Part shown: positions 10,101-17,400 of the stretch, piece after piece
How the letters are laid out: the number at the start of each line of letters is the position of its first letter
Numbering within the stretch: position 1 is the stretch's first letter
Source of the DNA: an uncultured virus (IMG/VR IMGVR_UViG_3300035396_000150)
Taxonomy: Duplodnaviria > Heunggongvirae > Uroviricota > Caudoviricetes > Crassvirales
IMG/VR virus record: IMGVR_UViG_3300035396_000150
Span: 1-64,000 of that record
DNA length: 64,000 nucleotides
Direction: 5' to 3' (one strand)
Program-made: the position numbers and the translations under genes
Notes under the pieces: generated by a model
The model's database searches: none
The model's input: only the letters and a program-made list of their open reading frames with translations
What the model was told of the DNA's origin: nothing

Positions 10101-13100
10101 AGGCAATATAACCATATCTTCATAGCCTTGCGGAAGAAATCCTACTATCTCCAATGCTATTGTACTACTATGGGATTGATTAGGGATACGAGCACTTATG
10201 GTATTTAGTAGAGCTTTATCTATCTTATTCATATCTATCTTATTTCCTACCATATAGTCTTTCATATCTATATCTTTAAAGGGCCAAGGGATTATTATCT
10301 GTGCTCTCTTTACTGTATTACCCTCTATCTCTGTATATGTAAGAGATTCATTGAAACTATCTGTAAATATTATATTAGATTTATTATAGTCTCCTAAATG
10401 TCTAAATCCCAAGTTACTCATTTGTGCATGGGACTTACCTTGCATTCTTGACTTAACTACTCTATTAGTAATTAAAGATACCAAATTAGAAGCTATTGTA
10501 TTATATACAGGAGTTAGATATAATGGCACCACCAAGTTACCATCTTCTGCAATCCTAATCATATCTGCTTCATTAGCTTTACCTGATGATATAAGTTCTT
10601 CTTTTATAAAAGCTACTATTTTCTTTAGGTCTGTAAACTTACCATTAGTTATACCAAACTCTTTCTCAAATTCGTTCTTAGCTTCTTTAAATATCTCTTT
10701 TCTTATATTCTCTTTTATCTTCTTTAATTCTTTTGCTGATATTGGTTTACCTCCTTTATATATAAATAGCTTCCTGTCATCAAGTAGAAGTCCTTGAAAT
10801 GCTAACTTGTTTAATTGGCTTATGTTAGTAATAGTATCATCTTCATTATCTAATTCCTCTTGTTGTAGACCTAATCCATCTCTATCTAATATCATACCAC
10901 CTCTCTCGAACATAGCTTCTACTTTAACTTCGTTTATCCTTGCTGTTCTATCTTGTGCTCTATTAGAATCTGTAGTAGGTACATCAAATATAGCAAATGG
11001 TTCAATACCTCTTGCTTTTGCTGCAGATTTGGTGATTACTCTTACGTTGATTCTGTTACCGTCAGCTATATGCTTCTTCTCTCTCTTTTCTATATACTTT
11101 TGCAATACCTCTAAATCAAACCCAGCCGCTAACTCCTTAGTTGCTGCATATGAACTTGATTTCATGTAGTTTACTTGATTAGATGCTGTGAATTGGTCAT
11201 ACTCTGTAGCAAAGAATAGAGGTTTTCTTTTTTGTAATTCTACTCCAAGCTCATGTAAGTTTGGCATCTTACCTGCATTTAAATTATCTATTATCTTCTT
11301 AAACGTGTCTGTAGATATACCTTCCTTACTATATAGTACAGTCATATCTTCTCTTAGAGATGTTATCTCTTCAGCATCTGCTACATTTACTTTACCATAT
11401 TGGTCTACATCAAGCAGCTCTTTATTTCTTACTTGATATCTTCTTGTTTCCACATCATCTATTACAAAGTACTCTACTTTACTATAATCGTCTGTAGTTC
11501 CATCTTCATTCTTAAATATGTACCTTCCTTTAATTGCAGTACCGGATATACCTCCCATTCTCTTAAAGTATGTATCTATTGAATTTCTAATCCAACTTCC
11601 TTTCTTCTCTTTATAGAACATTGCAGGGTCTCCGCCAAACGTCATAGTGAAGTTATGATTCAATAATATTTGATTGATATGCATCTCTGTAGCTAAGGCT
11701 CTTATTGGTTTATCCATATATCCTTTACCTCTTTTAGTTTCTTCTGCAGACAATGTTATATTACCGGACTTCTTTTTGTATTCATCTGCTATTCTTGATT
11801 CTAAATAGTTATATATACCATATTTCTTAAACTCATCTACTAGTTTATTTATAGATAATTCGGCACTTCTATTTACTATGGCTGCTATTGCTTTCTTATT
11901 ATCATTTATTGATATATCTATCTTACCGTCAGTAAATACGAATGTGTTCTCTTTATTCATTTCTGTATAGAAGAAGAACTTCATTGCTCCATCTTTATAA
12001 GTCTTACTAATCTTCTCAAATCTAAGTTTATCTTCTACACTCAATTCATTATTGTTGTACTTATTAGTTAAGTCTACCATCATATTATATCTCTCTATCT
12101 CTGCATAGGCTGACTGCATTAACATATTTAAGATATTCATTGGCTCCTCATCTTTATTTCCTTTAGTGTATGCCTTAACTAAATTAAGCTTTCCGTCTTT
12201 ATCATATACATCTTTGAAGTCAGCTACTTCAATCCTTTCAAAACTAAGTAATGGATACTTAGATTTATCAGACATTACTTCTGGAGACATATATGTTAAA
12301 TCATTACCGCTATTAAAGAAGGAGGTAATCATTTGCATATATTGCTCTTCTCTTGTCATCTTAGGTCGGGTCTTAGGTTTATCTGTTTCTCCTCCATTCT
12401 CTTTATTCATGGAATCTATATAGAAGTAATTGACTTCTTTTAGAGAGAATAGATTAATCTTATCATTGTATTTCTTTCTTTCTTCTTTAGTTGCTTCTGG
12501 TAGAAATGCAGAGTATCTTGTAAAATCCCCTTTTCTCATATCTTCTATAAAACCCTTATCTTCATTAGTTAGTTTATCTGTTACTAAGCTGAATCTTGAA
12601 GGTATACTATTAGATGAAATCATATTACCTTCATTGTTTCTGTAATTGCTTAATACATATTTATCTGAGTTCTCTGCTTTTAGATTAGCTAATACCTTTA
12701 CAAGTTTATTATTACTTAATGGATTAAATGCACTTGATAGCTCTTCAAATTCACCTGCATCTCTTTCAAATCCTGTATGGAATATATTACGTATAATACC
12801 GTTCTTATTACTTGTAAACATCTCATGTATACTTACATTTCCTTTAACTCCTGCAAGTTTAAAGTACTTAGTAGGGTTATTAAATAAAGATTCAAGTTCA
12901 GGTCTTGTTACATCTATACCTAATCCATTAAGAGTACTTAATAGACCATACTCTATTACAGGTTTTCTATCTACAGTTATGGTTCTATCATCTACAATGG
13001 CTTGTATAAGTTGTGGTCTATTTGTAGTGTTTTTAATAAGTTCTTTTGCTTTCTTTTCCCATGTGGATAGGCTTGATGATTTTATATGATTTAATAACTT

Positions 13101-14459
13101 GTAATCTATACCTTTATCAGTTATTAACTTCAAACTGCCTTTCATATTACCTAACTCAGAACTGTATATACCTTCAGATAACATCTTTTGATTTAATCTC
13201 CATTCATTATTTATTCTATTCTCTAAGGCATTTCTGTTAGTGAGAAACGGATAAGCAGTTTTCTTTATACCGTCATTGGCTCCTTCTTGTGATTCTTTTC
13301 TTCCTGTATTATGTAATATAGTAATTAAGTTTACGTCTTGGGTCGTTAATACTGCCTTCAAGTTGTTCTTTAATCCTTCTATATCTTTTTGTTTATTAAG
13401 CTCTTCTACTATATTACTTCCTATAGTACCCTTAGTTTTTATCTCTTCAAGCATCTCCTCTGCACTTGCATTAGGGTTACTTACAGAGTTTATCATATAC
13501 TGCATAACAAACTCCTTATCTAACTTCTTAACTAACCCGAACTCATTTCTTTCTTTTATACTAAGGTCATTTAATTTATCTATGTTGGATAGTACCTTTT
13601 TTAAGGCTGCATTAGCAGTAGTTTTCCAATCTATAGAGAATGAAGCAGTATCATTCCACATAGCTTTTAATCTCTCATCTGCTGCTAATTCTATCTTCTT
13701 ATTCTTCAGATTTATCTTTATAGTCTTATCATTTATAAGTCTTCTTTCTACAAGTGTCCTTACTTTCTCTAAATTAGATTCGTTTGTAGCAGCCTCAAAC
13801 ACATTTACTAAATAATTAAATCTATCTAACTCACTATTTACAAGTTTTTGGTCTTTTGTATCGTCTCCTATAAGAGATGCTATTTTATCTCTTGTTGCTT
13901 TATATCTTTCTAATATGGTCTTTAAGTCCTCTGTAAAGGAATCCAACTGCTGTATAGGTGATACATCTTTATCTAATTTAAAGCCTTGTACATAACTATT
14001 AACTAACTCTATTATTTGATTAGCACTTAATCCCTTTACACTGTATACTGAATCCTCATTTAGTGCCTTTATAAATTCAGGATTGAATGTATCTGTCTTT
14101 ATCTTTAATAGTGATGATATCTGATTAAAGGTAGGTTCCCCTGTCTTATTCTCGAAGTCATATCCAATACTACTTAAAAAAGCATTAGCTTGTTTAGAGC
14201 CCGAATAGACATGAATGGCTAATACTTCATTAGCCATTCTCTTATTTCCATAATAACTAACTAAGTCTTTATATAACTTAGACTCTATCTTATATTCTTT
14301 ATCTAAATACTTAAACGGCTCTTTTGCGTCCTTTATTCTATCTCCGTATTTATTATTATAGTTTACAGCCATCTTTACCAAAATATTAGATTCGTTCTCT
14401 GTGGCATTTGGTCTTAGTGATTTATATACTTCTATTAATTCAACTGGTTCACAATTCAT
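4104..14459 (-). CDS. Giant virion-packaged DNA-dependent RNA polymerase (crAss-like), fused to C-terminal zincin, SLOG-like, NADAR-like and SF1B helicase domains
   Basis: 3451 aa. RIPNQSHSS followed by catalytic GSDFDIDHLY (10059-10073); LQHELLH zincin motif (7743-7757); YAGIGSRETT and GGTGQAV (SLOG); LSNFA...YSSSEEAYQ (NADAR-like); GYAGTGKT, VIDESSM, GDPAQL, YAHTIHKSQGGTY and YVAVTRAR (SF1B helicase). Confidence 0.92.
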   Translation of the reverse strand: MNCEPVELIEVYKSLRPNATENESNILVKMAVNYNNKYGDRIKDAKEPFKYLDKEYKIESKLYKDLVSYYGNKRMANEVLAIHVYSGSKQANAFLSSIGYDFENKTGEPTFNQISSLLKIKTDTFNPEFIKALNEDSVYSVKGLSANQIIELVNSYVQGFKLDKDVSPIQQLDSFTEDLKTILERYKATRDKIASLIGDDTKDQKLVNSELDRFNYLVNVFEAATNESNLEKVRTLVERRLINDKTIKINLKNKKIELAADERLKAMWNDTASFSIDWKTTANAALKKVLSNIDKLNDLSIKERNEFGLVKKLDKEFVMQYMINSVSNPNASAEEMLEEIKTKGTIGSNIVEELNKQKDIEGLKNNLKAVLTTQDVNLITILHNTGRKESQEGANDGIKKTAYPFLTNRNALENRINNEWRLNQKMLSEGIYSSELGNMKGSLKLITDKGIDYKLLNHIKSSSLSTWEKKAKELIKNTTNRPQLIQAIVDDRTITVDRKPVIEYGLLSTLNGLGIDVTRPELESLFNNPTKYFKLAGVKGNVSIHEMFTSNKNGIIRNIFHTGFERDAGEFEELSSAFNPLSNNKLVKVLANLKAENSDKYVLSNYRNNEGNMISSNSIPSRFSLVTDKLTNEDKGFIEDMRKGDFTRYSAFLPEATKEERKKYNDKINLFSLKEVNYFYIDSMNKENGGETDKPKTRPKMTREEQYMQMITSFFNSGNDLTYMSPEVMSDKSKYPLLSFERIEVADFKDVYDKDGKLNLVKAYTKGNKDEEPMNILNMLMQSAYAEIERYNMMVDLTNKYNNNELSVEDKLRFEKISKTYKDGAMKFFFYTEMNKENTFVFTDGKIDISINDNKKAIAAIVNRSAELSINKLVDEFKKYGIYNYLESRIADEYKKKSGNITLSAEETKRGKGYMDKPIRALATEMHINQILLNHNFTMTFGGDPAMFYKEKKGSWIRNSIDTYFKRMGGISGTAIKGRYIFKNEDGTTDDYSKVEYFVIDDVETRRYQVRNKELLDVDQYGKVNVADAEEITSLREDMTVLYSKEGISTDTFKKIIDNLNAGKMPNLHELGVELQKRKPLFFATEYDQFTASNQVNYMKSSSYAATKELAAGFDLEVLQKYIEKREKKHIADGNRINVRVITKSAAKARGIEPFAIFDVPTTDSNRAQDRTARINEVKVEAMFERGGMILDRDGLGLQQEELDNEDDTITNISQLNKLAFQGLLLDDRKLFIYKGGKPISAKELKKIKENIRKEIFKEAKNEFEKEFGITNGKFTDLKKIVAFIKEELISSGKANEADMIRIAEDGNLVVPLYLTPVYNTIASNLVSLITNRVVKSRMQGKSHAQMSNLGFRHLGDYNKSNIIFTDSFNESLTYTEIEGNTVKRAQIIIPWPFKDIDMKDYMVGNKIDMNKIDKALLNTISARIPNQSHSSTIALEIVGFLPQGYEDMVILPDEITAQMGSDFDIDHLYSYLFNHEVDSNGKLTKIREKTNKLAWLQNNYMEVLESLFTHPEVAKKSLRSLDFKDVEDYVEKKLNSKEINLINNHWDIVNTLDDYNSNQSGKKGIAIQSVHSVVMAYLEDKGMKLNEAIKFNGKTYTGVGLGTYKNHKNEDRTNFNFTTMIQNEAVDNANNKLLDATGWTLELSKAFNGLNALITDEKDSISGEMIMAMFNHPIVKELQFLLEQSDSQFSGLNYTFNGAVKKLIRENKLTLEPKVYTAEEIINSYKNPVMDKGIALSILESLVQANRVGQSLVNIGSVLNIDSKGVGSDFNELESKLLKYNKVLKDKIFESTKQLFEDEDGTNELGETISLGIKYTKDLFNNKVGDKEALFHYKKPLYTDIIQLASEYKGTDLNAEDISYLSNATLDYLKADRTNPIFEGDSLDSIRSKFLFGESTLYNRVNAFLKSISRAHPAYKFISNLEGKIDRKTGAVYIEYKQDTKTEEEVQLNANSLLSMFYSDDLVENLLAKDLLKYNFAMGDRFNFNSFNQLISPFVLESIGINRFYEDINQDLDNRQVAEQAFLQMVRHKPSLIKSTGNPIRNVDGLIEVDKEYVKEIEDYKDLDNILKVGVTEPYILWKIADLETASKSTYRIMPLLGKGNKTEFVKGETLTKSVLNANEDTAVISEDFGSIVLNGKEVRLHKSITSLYQDVNKIGKKEALESLSSFKDKFISTVITKLEKYIPEDLSLSIDNTIYTKGVNINSKKIKINPNRFNTSMLNYKGVRDEFETTLQHELLHTIFNNLLSVSDSDTKIVKDEGVMKRVEVITRIYEHLLNEKLAGNAKGSTDRMLTDTYDAELNNALDSIDEFMIALMTDKNVFDKLKNITYDKVNSDKSAIEQALIKTNNLFTYLLLQEGMTKDEINKLRGIISEEGNKSSEELVNEIKTENKTSRERVNDSPKTELVIQTKADLKAKVESTKADVVINSSKTPIFNTLPSKSDKKTMTYAGIGSRETTPEVLEAMTKAAKYLEDLGYTLNTGKSYTSTEKYLGKEAYDLKKAESDRLSKLYGNKVGMDEEGADRAFSAGTSRKNLYSPNSRIPETAMQVMKEIHPKPSSLSDGAAKLMARNTNQVFGENLDTPVDFVLFYAEETNNSLRPKGGTGQAVEMARRKGIPTINMFNDNWREQLKELLSKEKLKEVETEKREVNRDGINISSYESDLGSKLSNFARLPINYKGVRYSSSEEAYQENKPKEKLTETEFNAKVKELMTDVLRTKLLQYPDLTTGIDRMGGIEFLNNSTHNLIKDGVLIKQDKWTGKDGLFMQSLRDAYSSIKNIAKPAIQQSLFDTEQNQTQEVNKTEKPVSLFNKEDKELKKGSVVEYNGKRYLFWNNNNGKAQIINTDGTKFSGTPNIDKLTVLGSYQTTMYNNTEYIVTDKGNVYSGANGGLVYTAQDNSTKVQKERIINQAKLDKEKSMQTTAVEPEVKQEEKEIYIPEKLKPNTFTFSDDVVIDTPFKLNTQQEEALGKMESFISSKGKKFVLKGYAGTGKTSIINILSKYIYEKSGKTVVYSSPTHRANAVLSSNIDKGTVMTLHKAFGLSPMMDLETFSTKDLKFETKGSKLGYGSILVIDESSMINDELFKFIEGYVEENGITVLFMGDPAQLKPPKQTTLSKAFSVEDSYELTKVERTGISPLLFEATDIRNSKETEDQFSYMSKENSKGEGVTFTNSEAAFFEKAKELFTSEEAKENKLYVRVVAGTNEKIEDINNKIREAIYGNLAVNEYNKGELLMGYANYKTDYRTGKSEIVNSIDYEVSEVSELKETEHAGKKVTYYTLKLENILNKKEAPKYINVLSKRNDESVYTAIAEEFEKLRLAAIREPNKRAQAGKWQALSEFKDTFALPKSADMGVDSKGSKAVKISKTIDYGYAHTIHKSQGGTYNNIMIDSRDLDKFKDSELRKQLRYVAVTRARKYAYVLASNKNIKSTDKYKDITLSAKNAAADVSKDKGDGC

Positions 14460-14478
14460 ATTAATTTATTTAGTTGAT

Positions 14479-17400
14479 TTATTTTGTTTTGCATGGTACT
14501 GTTGTTACTGCTTCTACTTCAGGTACAATACCTTCAAATACTTTATAATCGAATAGCTCAGAACCTTCTATTTCAAATAGCTCTGCATTATTTAATTTTA
14601 GTCCTTGTTTAGTTGATTCTACTTCTTGCTTTACTTCTTCTTTATTTGTTTCTTCTGTTGGTGGTTTAGGCTTATCTTTCATTACATCTACACTAAAAGC
14701 CACTACAGGATTATTATAATATATGAATTCCGTATTTCCTATATTGTTATTTAAGTTATCTTCTGTATTATGTATTACTGTCTTTACTTTAGCATCTATT
14801 ACAAATCTATCTCCTATAAAGTCTATATAATTTACAAGCTCTCCATTCCCATTAGGTATTTGTATGTTCTTTTCTATAGCTTTAGTACTTGCATTAAATC
14901 TTAAATTACCTATAGCATTTATAACATCTTTATTCTTTAGACTTGCTTCTGTAATCTCTACTGCTGGGCTGGCTTGATTTATGTTTATATAATACTTAGA
15001 CTTAGTTCCTTCCTTAACTCTATACATCTTACTATATGCATTCTTAGAAGCATCTATATTAACTCCTGCGATATCACTATGATTTATATCTACATATGTA
15101 ATAGCTTCTATTAAGTCATGTATATTGAACTCATCTTTTATAAGTACTCCTTCTTTATATAATGGATTACTTGTTGCATTTAATTTAGATAGGAATCCTA
15201 TAAAGATTTCTATCAAATCAGTTCCTATCTTCTTATTCTTATTTCCTTTCTTTACATTACCATTAAGACTCATCTGCAATACGAACTCTACTTGTAGACT
15301 TCCATCAGCAGAAGGAACTAATGCTATTGCCTTACCAAACCCAAATGTCTTAAGATACTCTCTCAACTCATCAGAGAACTCACTTGTTTTTATATTCCTC
15401 TTCTGTCCATCTACAGAAGTAACCAATGAAGTTCCTATAGATACTGCTATTATAGGATTACCTAATCCCTCTTTAGAGTCTTTAAGTCTTTCATTAAGTG
15501 TTCCGTAGTTATCTAATTCATTCTCGCTTCCTGACTTCTCTGCATTTAATATACCTACAGACTTGTAGTATACTTTACCTGTATCGGCTCCTTTTAGTAT
15601 ATTTGTACGAGCACTTCTTAGTTCATCTCTCTTTATTTCTATACTACTATCTTTTTCTACTTGGAAGTAATCATCAGTTACTCTACCTATACTATGTAAG
15701 TAACCTGCCTCAATTCCTTTAGATATTACTTTAATAGGTATATAATCATTTAATAGTTGCTCATTTCCATTGAACTTCTTCTTAAATTCTCCCCAAGTCA
15801 TCTTAGTTTCTTTCTCACCTTCATAATTTGTTATAAGCAAATCGTCATTATCTTCTACTATGAACTCTACTACATCTCCTCTATTTAGATATTTAGATGA
15901 TTCTGTAGGTATGGATAACACACCTGTACCCTCCTGTAATTTAGTTGTTTTATTATATCTTACACTTGTATTAGCAATAGATAATACACTTGTCTTTAAT
16001 CTATTCGTCTCATCTGTATATTGATGTCTATTATTGTAGTCTTCTTCATATTCAGGTGCTTTATTTAGTACTGTTTTTATAGTACCTGAATTGACTATAT
16101 CAGGATCTACACCTATAATCTCATTATCATTTATAAGTATAGAAAAGTTAAATAGATTAGCTACTAATTCATCTACAGGCTTACCTTCAACTTCTTTTGT
16201 TCCTACTACTTCCATATTATCTTGTAATAGTCTGAAGTAATTATTTAAGTAACCTACTACAGCATCTAAGCTACTTCTACGTGCGTTCTTTCTCATAGTA
16301 GGAGATATTACATCGAAGCTTCTCTTCATTACTGCAAATAGTTTGCGATGCTCTTCTATTAAATCTCTTGCTATTGGATTACCGTTCTCGTCTAATACAT
16401 ATGTCTTTAATTTATAATCCTCTATTAGCTTAGTGAAGTGGTCTATTAGTTTATTACTGTGCTCTTTAAGTCTGCTACGTAAATCAGTCATTTTAGTTTC
16501 TTCTTCTGTAGTAGCTTCTCCATTATCTTTCTTGTCTTGTATTACCTTAAATAAATCACGTGCTTCTTCGTGTATATTAGATTCTTCAAAGTTCAAGTCT
16601 TCAAGGTCTGCTAACTCATTATTCATTCTACCCTTAGCATACTGTACATTCTTCATGGCTTCTGTAGCATCTATAGGGAATAATGGAAGTGTCTTTAATA
16701 TATTATCTACTATACCTGTGAATTTTTCAGGCTGTCCTTTCTTAAAGGCATCTGTAAATTCATTTATATATTTTATAGTATCCTTATGCTCATCTTGATT
16801 ATCTTGTATCCATTCTGTTACTTTATCTAATGAAGCTAATAAATCAGCTTCACCTTCAACTACGGACCATTTAATAATCTGTTCCTTTAAATCTATAACT
16901 GCTTGCACACCTGCAGATGCCTTATTCTTCAGTGCCTCTTCTGCAGCCTTTGCTTTAGCTTCCTTAGCTAACCTTTCTTTCTCTGCTTTTTCATTTACTG
17001 TATTTACTGTCTTTCCGGTTGTTTCTTTTGACTTTAAGTTTGCTTCTCTGTCCACATTATCCTTTGCTTTCTGTACTGCTTTCTTAAATGACTCTACTGC
17101 TTCAGTCTTATTTTTTATACCATTCTTAACAAATTCTGTTTGTCCTTCTTCAGTTAATAACTTATCATGTCTATTTACTTGATATAGATAGGATTCTATA
17201 TTGTTTTTAAAGTTAATTAAGTGTCCGTTCAATTTATCTGATACTTTATCTTCTAGTGTTTTAAACCCCTCTTCACTTCTCTCATATGCTACTTCTTCTT
17301 CATATTGATTTCTTATTTTGTCTTTTTCACTATTTACAACAGCTTTAGATTTATCTTTACTATATTCTATAGTATCTTTATTCTCCTTTCTTAATTTATC

